Assembly (NCBI GenBank): GCA_900105225.1 | Contig: LT629764.1 | Span: 96,098 to 136,097, forward strand | Origin: Paenibacillaceae bacterium GAS479 | Lineage (GTDB): Bacteria; Bacillota; Bacilli; Paenibacillales; Paenibacillaceae | DNA: 40,000 nt | Direction: 5' to 3' | Shown here: piece after piece, positions 1-7,979 of the stretch | Numbering within the stretch: position 1 is the stretch's first letter | Layout of the letters: every line of letters starts with the position of its first letter | Position numbers and translations under genes: made by a program | The notes under the pieces: generated by a model | Seen by the model: only the letters and a program-made list of their open reading frames with translations | Told to the model about the DNA's origin: nothing | The model's database searches: none

Positions 1-537
1 ACTTGGGTAGTGTTGTGCGAAACAACAACCACCTATAGTTGAATCAGAATGGTCATTAATATTATTAAACAATTCTGCAAATGTTGTATCTAAAAAGGAA
101 AACGACTTACTTCTTAGGTGAACATTGCCTTTGAGCCAAGAAGTTGTTTTCTCAATATATTGGAGATTGAATGACCCAGGTCTTAACTTTTCCAAACCAT
201 TTGTGGTCGATCTTTCGCTGGAACCGGGGTGCAATTTCTTCCCCATGACCTTCTCAAAAAACAAACAATCATCCAGATAATCTATAGCTGGGTATTTTCG
301 TGGTGACATTCTATAGTTGTCCGGAAATGAATAGTAAATATCTGCTCCGAAGTGTCGCTCGAAAAGATCCACCATATTCCAGAGAGTCACAACTCCAAAG
401 GGATCAATAAATTCAAGTCCGTTAAAATCAAATTTAATCTTATCAGGAGCTTTAATCTGCAGTTGATTGTAGATTTCGTCATAAAATACTGCAGTCGTTT
501 TCTCGTTAAAATACCGTGGAATTGTGACAGTGTACAA
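1..537 (-). CDS. Partial CDS (N-terminal 179 codons; 3' end outside window). STAS-like N-terminal region followed by a GHKL/HATPase_c-type N-box. Function unknown.
   Basis: Not in the ORF track because it runs off the edge. Hand translation from TTG 537-535 (SD AAGGGGTG 7 nt upstream) gives LYTVTIPRYF..KIKFDFNGLEFIDPFGVVTLWNMV..FAELFNNINDHSDS, open to position 1. AT-rich: hand counts of 23/60 and 18/60 G+C, versus 36/60 in the adjacent amidase gene. Confidence 0.55.
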   Translation of the reverse strand, partial: MYTVTIPRYFNEKTTAVFYDEIYNQLQIKAPDKIKFDFNGLEFIDPFGVVTLWNMVDLFERHFGADIYYSFPDNYRMSPRKYPAIDYLDDCLFFEKVMGKKLHPGSSERSTTNGLEKLRPGSFNLQYIEKTTSWLKGNVHLRSKSFSFLDTTFAELFNNINDHSDSTIGGCCFAQHYPS

Positions 538-567
538 AAAGGACACCCCTTATATTTATTGCCCAGA

Positions 568-596
568 ATTTTACCATCTTATCCAAGATTAATAAA
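568..596 (-). promoter_or_regulatory. Candidate sigma-A promoter with extended -10 for the low-GC gene
   Basis: The minus strand reads TTTATT (596-591), a 17-nt spacer ending in TG, then TAAAAT (573-568). This is about 25 nt upstream of the SD of the 1-537 gene and directly after the lysis-cassette terminator. Confidence 0.35.
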
Positions 597-607
597 GGGA
601 AATTTTC

Positions 608-647
608 ACAAAAAATAGCCCACTGACCAATAATAAGGTCAGCGGGC
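608..647 (-). terminator. Rho-independent terminator ending the lysis cassette
   Basis: An 11-bp stem (618-628 / 637-647) with an 8-nt loop. In minus-strand RNA it has one G.U pair, which would be an A.C mismatch on the plus strand. It is followed by UAUUUUUU and lies 6 nt after the amidase stop codon. Confidence 0.75.
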
Positions 648-652
648 TCTAC

Positions 653-1321
653 TCATACATACATCTTTTTATTCGCATTGTCCCACTGCGCCGACAGCCC
701 CAACGCTTTTAGCACATCGGCCACCGGCGCAACGAGCTTTCCATCCTCAATCTTACCAACAGCCAGCAGCTTGCCGTCCGACAGTCGCACCACCTTCGGA
801 ACGATCTCCTCAACCGATTTGACCTGCGTCTGCAGCTTGACCTGGACAGCCGACTTAAACGCAACCCAGCCTGTCCATTTGCCACCGTCATACATAAGCC
901 TCGGACAAATCTTACCGGACCAGTCGTAATGTCGCCGTAACCGATCCACACCCCAGCCGCGCTCCCGCAGCAGCTTGGCGACCAACTCCGTAGCGTTATC
1001 GAGCGTCTTGGCATAATCGCCGCTCTCGCAGATCTCGATGCCAATACTTGTCCGGTTACCGCTCCGTGCCCCGCCGCCATCGCCTGCATGCCAGGCATGC
1101 TCCGTCAACGGGATGCACTCGACGGCCTCGCGCTCATCGACAACTAGGTGATAGCTGGCCTGACGCTTGTTGCCTGGATTGGTCAGCCAACTCCGCTCAT
1201 TTGCTGCTGTGCTGTCCGCATTGCCGGTGTTGTGGATGGTAATCGTCTCAGCCAGCATCGCCATGCCAGGACGCCGCTTGCACGGCGTTGTAGTCGGGAT
1301 ATAATCTTGTCTGTAGATCAT
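653..1321 (-). CDS. Endolysin: N-acetylmuramoyl-L-alanine amidase (Amidase_2/PGRP type) with a C-terminal wall-binding-like domain
   Basis: 222 aa with motifs IHNTGN, ASYHLVVD, AWHAGDGG and SIGIEICE, typical of XlyA/PlyL-type phage amidases. ATGA overlap with the holin stop. Terminal gene of the phage. Confidence 0.9.
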   Translation of the reverse strand: MIYRQDYIPTTTPCKRRPGMAMLAETITIHNTGNADSTAANERSWLTNPGNKRQASYHLVVDEREAVECIPLTEHAWHAGDGGGARSGNRTSIGIEICESGDYAKTLDNATELVAKLLRERGWGVDRLRRHYDWSGKICPRLMYDGGKWTGWVAFKSAVQVKLQTQVKSVEEIVPKVVRLSDGKLLAVGKIEDGKLVAPVADVLKALGLSAQWDNANKKMYV

Positions 1322-1611
1322 CGTTGCCCCTCCTCTCCATTGGCGGCCTTGGATGTCTGCTTAACCACCTGATAGCCGTAGACAGCCACAGCGCCACACA
1401 AGACACCTTGAATCACACTCTCTACGCTAAGCCCTAGCAGCAGACAGGCCATAAGGATACCGACCGCTGTCACGGCGTAAACGATGCCCCAGTCCGGTAC
1501 GCGCGGTGTGCGCTTGAGCATATACCCAACGATCCAGCAAACGGCCAATACACCGCCCAGCTCCGGCTTGATAAGTGCGTTGATAAAAGTCCAGTCCATA
1601 ATAATCACCAA
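1318..1611 (-). CDS. Holin (phi-LC3 / holin_4-like)
   Basis: 97 aa with hydrophobic segments LGGVLAVCWIVGYML, WGIVYAVTAVGILMACLLLGL and VLCGAVAVYGY and a charged tail. It sits directly upstream of and overlaps the amidase gene. The true start may be GTG 1608 or ATG 1599. Confidence 0.75.
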   Translation of the reverse strand: MVIIMDWTFINALIKPELGGVLAVCWIVGYMLKRTPRVPDWGIVYAVTAVGILMACLLLGLSVESVIQGVLCGAVAVYGYQVVKQTSKAANGEEGQR

Positions 1612-1619
1612 TTCCTCTC

Positions 1620-1937
1620 TTATTGTAAAAGTCTAAGGGCAAGGCCAATTGCGGCTACGCCCAAGCCGATAAGTGTACATGACGTTGTGACAATATACCG
1701 CTGACTCGCCCGCATTTTGTCCAACTCTTGCCGCAGCTCGTCAATTCGGCGGTGAGCAGATCGAGCTCGCTGTACCGCATCCTTTGCTGTGTCATCCGAC
1801 TGTTCAAGACGATCCACCAAGCGATTGAGGCCACCAGCCATTTCGGTGAGCGCCTTTGTATTAACTTCCTGCAGCGTCTCAAGCTTGACCACTTGGGACG
1901 CGATGGCTTGCAACTGTATTTCCGGGGTTGTTGGCAT
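1620..1937 (-). CDS. XhlA-like lysis-associated membrane protein
   Basis: 105 aa with a coiled-coil N-terminus and a single C-terminal TM segment (IVTTSCTLIGLGVAAIGLAL). Its position before the holin matches xhlA in PBSX. Strong SD AGGAGGAG. Confidence 0.55.
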   Translation of the reverse strand: MPTTPEIQLQAIASQVVKLETLQEVNTKALTEMAGGLNRLVDRLEQSDDTAKDAVQRARSAHRRIDELRQELDKMRASQRYIVTTSCTLIGLGVAAIGLALRLLQ

Positions 1938-1949
1938 AGGCTCCTCCTA

Positions 1950-1977
1950 ATAGAAAAGAGCGCCTAAGCGGCGCTCT
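1950..1977 (-). terminator. Intrinsic terminator-like hairpin between the tail and lysis modules
   Basis: Perfect 8-bp stem AGAGCGCC/GGCGCUCU (1957-1964 / 1970-1977) with a 5-nt loop, followed on the minus strand by UUUUCU. It overlaps the stop codon of the XkdX-like ORF and precedes the SD of the XhlA-like gene. Confidence 0.5.
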
Positions 1978-2101
1978 CTGCTCCAATGATTGTAGTTGCT
2001 TGCTTTTGTGTGATTTTGCCCAGCTCGGCGAAGCGTTGTACCTGTGCTCTCGTATAGCAGCCAAGATCGTAGTAGCGTTTAATCGTTGCATACCAATCCA
2101 C
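1964..2101 (-). CDS. XkdX-family small phage protein (45 aa)
   Basis: Not in the ORF track (<60 aa). GTG at 2101 with SD GAGGGAGG about 12 nt upstream. Translation (M)DWYATIKRYYDLGCYTRAQVQRFAELGKITQKQATTIIGAESAA matches the XkdX pattern W..I..yY..g.YT...V..fv..GkIT...y..ItG. It occupies the xkdX position. Confidence 0.75.
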   Translation of the reverse strand: MDWYATIKRYYDLGCYTRAQVQRFAELGKITQKQATTIIGAESAA

Positions 2102-2102
2102 G

Positions 2103-2618
2103 TTAGATGACACCTCCCTCTACGAGTTGGAGAAGCAGCGCAGCTTGATCCAACTCAGATTTTTGTAGTCGCGACTCTGCCTCTGCTTGCTGGAGCAGCA
2201 GCATGGCGTTGTCCGTCTCCAGTTGACTGATGCGTAGCTGCTCCGCTGTCGGCTCTGGCAGAGTTGGCTGCAGCGCGGCGATCTCCTCCGGGGTCAGCCC
2301 TTCCACCCAAAACGCCGGAGCTATAGGGTCTACCGGCTCGGGGCCTCGCTCCTCCTCTGGCAGCGTGAGCCAGGCAACCATTGCGGCCGCATGAGCAACC
2401 TCGGCAGCCTGGTGCAGGTCGTAAGCAGTACGATCAAAGCGAGGACGATACAGCCCAGGTGTGACGGGCAACGCGACACGGTAGCCCGTCATCTGTGCAG
2501 GTTTGTCATCATAAGGATCATCCGGCGCAAATAACGGCAAATAGCCCGTTTCGCTGTCGTTTACGATCTCGACATCGATAAACAGGCCGTACAAGTCTGT
2601 GATTATGGCTTCTTTCAT
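2103..2618 (-). CDS. Hypothetical tail-fibre-associated protein (xkdW position) with a C-terminal coiled coil
   Basis: 171 aa with SD AAGGAGG. It lies immediately downstream of the tail fibre gene. The C-terminus (QLETDNAMLLLQQAEAESRLQKSELDQAALLLQLVEGGVI) is coiled-coil. No recognisable catalytic motif. Confidence 0.5.
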   Translation of the reverse strand: MKEAIITDLYGLFIDVEIVNDSETGYLPLFAPDDPYDDKPAQMTGYRVALPVTPGLYRPRFDRTAYDLHQAAEVAHAAAMVAWLTLPEEERGPEPVDPIAPAFWVEGLTPEEIAALQPTLPEPTAEQLRISQLETDNAMLLLQQAEAESRLQKSELDQAALLLQLVEGGVI

Positions 2619-2628
2619 ATGGGCCTCC

Positions 2629-5600
2629 TTAGTCTAGCGGGATAATGACGTTGATATAGTTGTAGTTTTTAGGCTTATCTTGCGCATTAGAGGCAGCATT
2701 AATTGTAATGAAGACAGTACCATCCGTATTAACACATAAATTACACAAGACATATACACCATTAATACAGCCTACCACTGGACTATGGTAAACCGTTTTA
2801 GGTATATAACTTCTAGGCAATCTGAAGATAACAGCCCCGTCATACCCGCCACATATGACACCCTTAATATAAAGCGTATTGCCTACCTTTTTATAACCGG
2901 GGTCGTATCTTCCAGATTCATCAAATTTCACCCATCCATTAAGCAACGTTGGCGTAATCCATTGTGGCTGCTTTTCCTGCGCTGTCCCGTTTTCCAGCAC
3001 CGTCATACGCCCGGCAAGCTGTGTTGCCTCTTTGACCAGCTCGTCCGTTACGGAACGCTGGTTAGTCGGATACTCGGCGCTGATCTGTGTTGGCGGTATG
3101 CCGATCAGGTAGGCATCCAGAGCGAGATAGGTGACTTCGTAGACAGCTGATGTAATAGGAGAATTCGCAGGAATAGTTGCCCTTACAAGCCCATATGGAG
3201 TTCCATTAGTTTGTCTAATCCATGACTTGTCGATAATACTGTCTCTGTAAATGTTCAAAATGTCCTTTGTCCTGTACGCTAAAGAAGTGCTCCAGTACGT
3301 GTCATTAACTTCATATCCAAAGCCAGCAGAGTAAGCGATTCTAGCTCGCTCCCTTACCACAGCCCCATACCCAACCTCAAGCGTGTTGGCTCCCTCGGCA
3401 AGCATAATTGCCCCTTCGGAGCGTACAGGCTCGTCGACTGGTGTCGCGAGTTGGTATTGAAGACGATAAGGAGTGTAGTCGGGCACGATTGTTGTAGTGG
3501 CTGGCATTGTGGACACGCCTACACCTGTAGTGACGTTGAACGGTCTCCAACGCTTTGCACCAGTAGTATTATAGGGCCAGTAGAATACTCCAGCGCTTTC
3601 ATATCCAAGCATCCAACCATTGAAGAAAATCTTGATTTCATCTTCAGTCGGCGTGTAGTCAGTGCCCCAGCCTGTTGCAGCATTCGGCAAAGCCAGAGAT
3701 AGCATGGACTTGTCAGATGTGGCCGACTCATCAGACACAACCTGTTCCTCGCCATTACCTCCCCATATAGCGCCCTGATTGATGCGCTTGTAAACGTAGC
3801 CTCCGTGATCAACCACTTGGCCTGTATCTTTTAACGGGAAAGGCAGCTTAGTTTTGACAATTTTAGTCGTTGCCGGGCCAGTCATGAGTGCCCAAGCCAA
3901 ATCCCCCGTCAATTCCATCGTCTTAAACCGTCTCGTCGCCCGTGCCTGCCCCGTGTTATCCGTATACAGTTCGTCGTAAACGGTTCCGTCCACGTTAGCG
4001 GCAAGCTGGCAATCTGGGCAGTAGACGTACTGCTCAATTTGTGGCACAAACGGAACAACGGTTGATCCTTGGGTTAATATAACGTTTTTGAACGTAATAT
4101 TAGGCCCTGTCTCTATACGATTATAAAGGCCGATATAATACTCGTCCGACGCTCCCGTTTTAAATGTAGTGCCTGCCTTCTGACCATTAGCTGCCATGGC
4201 AAAAGTGACTGCATCGTAAATGTAATACACATCCGTCACTCCGCTAAGTATATAGGTCGTGTTCGGCATGAGTTTAACCTTTGCCGATAACATCCCATTT
4301 ACTGTACCGTTATTAACGGCATACACTTCATAGCCGCCCCTAGTCTGGATGCTGGCAAATTTGTGCTCCCCATCATAGATACGTCCGTTTGTCCACTGCG
4401 ATAGTGGAGGAGCCAAGTTTTGCGTTACGTTACGTACATAAACACCGTTGACGTTTGAAATGCCCTCGGCGTATGGGTACTTTGCCGCGATCTGCTCTGC
4501 GGTCAGGGATGCCATTGCGTCATATTCGGCTTGAGTGATTTCGTAGAGCCGGACTGCATCGGCATATACATATTGGCCCGCTGCGCCTTCTATGGCTATG
4601 TCAAAACTTACAGTAGAGTCTGCAGTCGGCTTAAACCGTGTGTATACTGTTGTAAATTTAGTTGTATCAGTCACAAAACTCGTGCCTGCGCCAGCACCGC
4701 CCACTTGGGTAAGGCGTGTCCTTGTTGCGTTACCATTTTTCAAGTCGCCAATCAGTACGTAACAAGTATTTGCTTTTGTCGTAACCTGTCCAAATGGTGC
4801 CGCACCTATGGTAAATCCTGTTGCCAGCGTAATCTTAATTGCTGTACTTGATATACTAGGCTCTTTTGAAACCGTAACCTGGTAAGTTCTTACCCTGCTC
4901 ATGCGCCCGAACAGATTAATCAGCGACCGCCCCTTAATCCCCTTAACGCTCAACGGTGTATCTCGTGTAACCGTCACAGCCTGCAACCCAGGTACGAGCG
5001 CCTGCGCTGTCGGTGCCGCGTCAGCCAAATCAGCTGCGATAGGCTGTACCGCCAGATCTACCGTGTCTTTCCGAGCAATGTCATCGGCAGCGGATGGTTC
5101 GGCCACCTTGGCACGGCCCGCGCTATCGCGTTGAACGATACGGGAGGCTGTGGCCGCGCTTGTCGCCCCATGAGCTGCCGTTAATGCGGCATGAGTGGAT
5201 ACGGCAGTATCGACCGTATCTTTACGGGCGATGTCGTCAGCGGCTGCTGGGGCTACTACTTTAGCGCGACCCGCACTGTCACGCTGCATTATTGTACTTA
5301 CGGTCGCGGCCGAAGTCGAACCATGAACGCTTGTTAACGTGGCATGAGCGAACACAGCACTATCCACTGTGTCTTTTCTTGCAATATCGTCGGCAGCCGA
5401 AGGAGCTACTATTTTAGCCCGGCCTGCGCTATCGCGCATAACGAGTCGGGATACGGTCGCAGCGCTGGTTGCTCCGTCCAATTTGGATTTATCTGCAGCA
5501 GAATAATCATTGGTGGATAACCCTTTACCATTGACCTTATCCACCTTCCCCCCGACCGCCATATCGAGCTTGTCCCAGTTATCATTAAGCATGGTCTGGA

Positions 5601-5673
5601 TGTTAAATGTATCTTGGCCGTCGGATTGCAAATCCTTTTTGTACAGTAACAAATTTGGTGTTTGGCTTGGCAT
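2629..5673 (-). CDS. Tail fibre / receptor-binding protein (xkdV position)
   Basis: 1014 aa. The N-terminus PNLLLYKKDLQSDGQDTFNIQTMLNDNWDKLD..GKGLSTNDYS..DKSKLDG is typical of Firmicute phage fibre N-termini. Three 51-aa repeats follow, then a long beta-rich C-terminal part. It lies after the baseplate genes. Confidence 0.8.
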   Translation of the reverse strand: MPSQTPNLLLYKKDLQSDGQDTFNIQTMLNDNWDKLDMAVGGKVDKVNGKGLSTNDYSAADKSKLDGATSAATVSRLVMRDSAGRAKIVAPSAADDIARKDTVDSAVFAHATLTSVHGSTSAATVSTIMQRDSAGRAKVVAPAAADDIARKDTVDTAVSTHAALTAAHGATSAATASRIVQRDSAGRAKVAEPSAADDIARKDTVDLAVQPIAADLADAAPTAQALVPGLQAVTVTRDTPLSVKGIKGRSLINLFGRMSRVRTYQVTVSKEPSISSTAIKITLATGFTIGAAPFGQVTTKANTCYVLIGDLKNGNATRTRLTQVGGAGAGTSFVTDTTKFTTVYTRFKPTADSTVSFDIAIEGAAGQYVYADAVRLYEITQAEYDAMASLTAEQIAAKYPYAEGISNVNGVYVRNVTQNLAPPLSQWTNGRIYDGEHKFASIQTRGGYEVYAVNNGTVNGMLSAKVKLMPNTTYILSGVTDVYYIYDAVTFAMAANGQKAGTTFKTGASDEYYIGLYNRIETGPNITFKNVILTQGSTVVPFVPQIEQYVYCPDCQLAANVDGTVYDELYTDNTGQARATRRFKTMELTGDLAWALMTGPATTKIVKTKLPFPLKDTGQVVDHGGYVYKRINQGAIWGGNGEEQVVSDESATSDKSMLSLALPNAATGWGTDYTPTEDEIKIFFNGWMLGYESAGVFYWPYNTTGAKRWRPFNVTTGVGVSTMPATTTIVPDYTPYRLQYQLATPVDEPVRSEGAIMLAEGANTLEVGYGAVVRERARIAYSAGFGYEVNDTYWSTSLAYRTKDILNIYRDSIIDKSWIRQTNGTPYGLVRATIPANSPITSAVYEVTYLALDAYLIGIPPTQISAEYPTNQRSVTDELVKEATQLAGRMTVLENGTAQEKQPQWITPTLLNGWVKFDESGRYDPGYKKVGNTLYIKGVICGGYDGAVIFRLPRSYIPKTVYHSPVVGCINGVYVLCNLCVNTDGTVFITINAASNAQDKPKNYNYINVIIPLD
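5044..5472 (-). repeat. Diverged in-frame tandem repeat (about 2.8 copies of 153 bp / 51 aa) inside the tail fibre gene
   Basis: Protein repeats are ATSAATVSRLVMRDSAGRAKIVAPSAADDIARKDTVDSAVFAHATLTSVHG, STSAATVSTIMQRDSAGRAKVVAPAAADDIARKDTVDTAVSTHAALTAAHG and ATSAATASRIVQRDSAGRAKVAEPSAADDIARKDTVDLAV. Confidence 0.85.
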
Positions 5674-5674
5674 G

Positions 5675-6220
5675 TTAGCCCTCCTCTAAAAATGGCGCAA
5701 AGTCTGTCAGCGGCCTTTGCTCCAGCTGATCCAGCGTCATGGTTTGGACTTCCTGTATTAGCAAGTATCGATACTTGTAATCGAGCACCAAATGCGCCGG
5801 CTTGATCTCCTCGATTGCGGCCTTCAGGTCATCTAGATTCGGAGGCAGCCCGAGCGTGTCCACAAACGTAATCAGGATCCGGTGCTGGGCTGCCTGGACG
5901 GAGACGGCGATCGTGCCGCCACTGTAAGCCTGGGCAACGTTTTTGAGCAATGTTCCCGACACCTTACCGTAGCCGCGCATCTTGGAGATGATAACGGATC
6001 GGCGTTGATCCGCAGGCTTGCCCATGTCGATGACCAAGTTCAGATCCCGCTCATACCGATCAAGCGCCCATGTAGCACTCTCTGGATAGGACTGATCCAG
6101 TAGGCTGACCGTTCCGGCAGCAAGTAGATCGAGCTCATCGCCCTCGCTCTCCAGCAGCTTGTTCATCTCTGCAACTTCATCATAAAGCTCCGGCAGGTAC
6201 CCTTTTAGCCGATCACTCAT
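5675..6220 (-). CDS. Baseplate/tail protein, DUF2313 (XkdU / Mu gp48-like)
   Basis: 181 aa beginning LKGYLPELYDEV..ESATWALDRYERDLNL, as in the XkdU/YmfQ family. It sits downstream of and overlaps the baseplate J gene. Confidence 0.7.
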   Translation of the reverse strand: MSDRLKGYLPELYDEVAEMNKLLESEGDELDLLAAGTVSLLDQSYPESATWALDRYERDLNLVIDMGKPADQRRSVIISKMRGYGKVSGTLLKNVAQAYSGGTIAVSVQAAQHRILITFVDTLGLPPNLDDLKAAIEEIKPAHLVLDYKYRYLLIQEVQTMTLDQLEQRPLTDFAPFLEEG

Positions 6221-7275
6221 GTGACGGTCACCGTCCCGACGATCGGCACCTCATCTAGAGCAGTCTGGATATTTGCCGTCTGACCGTTTACCTTTAGATT
6301 GCTATAGTCGATCACAGGCGGGATGCCCAGGATAATGGCCTGGATGCGAGTGTAACGAATGATGGTATCCGTAAACGCCAGCTCTGCCAAATATGCTTTG
6401 AGTCCGGTCAGGATCTGCTCTCGCACCTGGGAGATCGTCGCCCCCGCTGCCAATGTAACGGACACGGATACGTTAATTGGGATCTCAGTTGCTCCGACAA
6501 CGGTCACGACAGCGCCAATGGGCGCGGCCCCCTCGCCCAGTCCATCCTGTGTCGGGTCGATATATTGCTGCACGGCGGTAACCAAAGCAGGCTCAGGTGC
6601 TGTCATGCTCTCATCGAGCAAGGCCACCTTGACCGTCCCCGTACCATTCCACAGCGGGAACGCTCGCGCCCGGCCAACGCCGCTGATCTCCCGCGCCCAC
6701 TGCTCATATTGATACCGATTGCCGCTTGTGACGGGCTTGGTGACCTGCTGCTGGTAACGCTCGTAAAGAGCCGTATCACTCTCGCGGTCCGTGCCGGGGA
6801 TCAGCAGCTCCGTCAGCTCCGCACGAGCAAGATTCGGCACAAAGTCGATCGGCAACAGCGGCCCAAAGCTTCCGTTGGCTGCAGCGCCCGCCGTCTCCGC
6901 TTCCAGCCGATAGTCTCCCAGCGCCAGGCGAGCGACAGCACGGTAATTAATCCCGCCAAGCGCAAAGCGGTTGCCTATTGGCACATCCAGGGGAGCCTCA
7001 CCTGCAGCGTAAAAGCGCCCCCGTACCAATGCTTTGGTCGCCATTTTACGTTTTACGCCGGACCAAGCTATGGCCCGGTCTAAATAATCGCCTGTCGCAG
7101 TATCAGCAAAACGCTGATCAGCCTGTACGTCGAGCTGCACATACAGCTGTGCCATTTCAGCTGCTGCCGGAGCCATGGCATCGTAAATAATGCTTCCGGG
7201 CCGCTTGTCCATATCATCCGGGATCCGGTCTAGCATCCGCGCTAGGATCGCATCAAACGTCTGACCTTCATACAT
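6217..7275 (-). CDS. Baseplate J-like protein (XkdT-like)
   Basis: 352 aa. Size, position and N-terminus (FDAILARMLDRIPDDMDKRPGSIIYDAMAPAAAEMAQLY) are typical of the Baseplate_J family. Confidence 0.8.
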   Translation of the reverse strand: MYEGQTFDAILARMLDRIPDDMDKRPGSIIYDAMAPAAAEMAQLYVQLDVQADQRFADTATGDYLDRAIAWSGVKRKMATKALVRGRFYAAGEAPLDVPIGNRFALGGINYRAVARLALGDYRLEAETAGAAANGSFGPLLPIDFVPNLARAELTELLIPGTDRESDTALYERYQQQVTKPVTSGNRYQYEQWAREISGVGRARAFPLWNGTGTVKVALLDESMTAPEPALVTAVQQYIDPTQDGLGEGAAPIGAVVTVVGATEIPINVSVSVTLAAGATISQVREQILTGLKAYLAELAFTDTIIRYTRIQAIILGIPPVIDYSNLKVNGQTANIQTALDEVPIVGTVTVT

Positions 7276-7669
7276 TCATATCCACCCCCTGGATCTGGAT
7301 CGTACCGGCGACTGTATCCACGGTGAATATCACCGTCAGCTGATCATCCTGCTTTGAATAAATGAAATCTCGCACGGCTAGGATCCGCTCATCATAGATC
7401 AGCGCTTCGGTAACGACACGCTCGATCTCAGCCTCCATCAGCGCACTGGATGAGCTGCCGATAATCTCGTCCCGCTCGGTACCGTACTCGTCTGGATAGA
7501 TCAGATAAGCGTAACGGGTAGTCAGCAACGTCTTGGTGATAAACTGCCGGATAGCCTCCAGGCCGTCGACGGTGCCGCGCACTCGGCCCGTCATCAGATC
7601 CAGCGCGTAGGTCTTGCTCGGCAGCGCCGCAGGCTGGTACAGCGCGGGAGCTTGCAAATCAGGCCCCAT
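7268..7669 (-). CDS. Baseplate wedge protein, DUF2634 (XkdS / gp25-like)
   Basis: 133 aa with KTYALDL.TGRVRGTVDGLEAIRQFI.KTLLTTRYAYLIY..EYG, characteristic of XkdS-like proteins. Overlaps both neighbours. Confidence 0.75.
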   Translation of the reverse strand: MGPDLQAPALYQPAALPSKTYALDLMTGRVRGTVDGLEAIRQFITKTLLTTRYAYLIYPDEYGTERDEIIGSSSSALMEAEIERVVTEALIYDERILAVRDFIYSKQDDQLTVIFTVDTVAGTIQIQGVDMNV

Positions 7670-7979
7670 AGGTCACCACCTTGTCCAAAATAAAAAATGA
7701 CTGCCCGCCCTGTTGGGCTGCAATCATTACCGTGTCACCAGCGGCCAGCTGATCAGGATATGAAATGGTTCGAGACACACCATCGAGCAGGACAGTTTCC
7801 TCCATCTCAGTCAAGTGGGCGGCGACAACTAAAAATTCGGCGTCATAGACCCGCTTCATATCATCGCCGATCTGCACCCTTAGCGCTGGCGGCGGCTGAA
7901 TGACGGTACCTGTTAGGATGCGGACCGGCTTTCCAGTGCCGATCGCGTCCAGGGCAATTTGCTGGATCAGCTCTTTCAT
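7659..7979 (-). CDS. Baseplate/spike-associated protein, DUF2577 (XkdR-like)
   Basis: 106 aa. Synteny between the XkdQ-like and XkdS-like genes, and the sequence pattern GTVIQPPPALRVQIGDD...FLV. Confidence 0.65.
   Translation of the reverse strand: MKELIQQIALDAIGTGKPVRILTGTVIQPPPALRVQIGDDMKRVYDAEFLVVAAHLTEMEETVLLDGVSRTISYPDQLAAGDTVMIAAQQGGQSFFILDKVVTYGA

Noticed and set aside
352-618. 88-aa plus-strand ORF in the low-GC left end
   Set aside because: It is antisense to the better supported minus-strand gene (1-537), which has an SD, a promoter and recognisable motifs. It also crosses that gene's promoter and the terminator.
1879-2091. 70-aa minus-strand track ORF
   Set aside because: It reads through a perfect terminator hairpin and the SD and start of the XhlA-like gene. 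The alternative frame gives a convincing XkdX-family protein.
2629-5673. Possible diversity-generating retroelement targeting the tail fibre
   Set aside because: No reverse transcriptase gene is present. I could find no template repeat matching the fibre C-terminus anywhere in the window.
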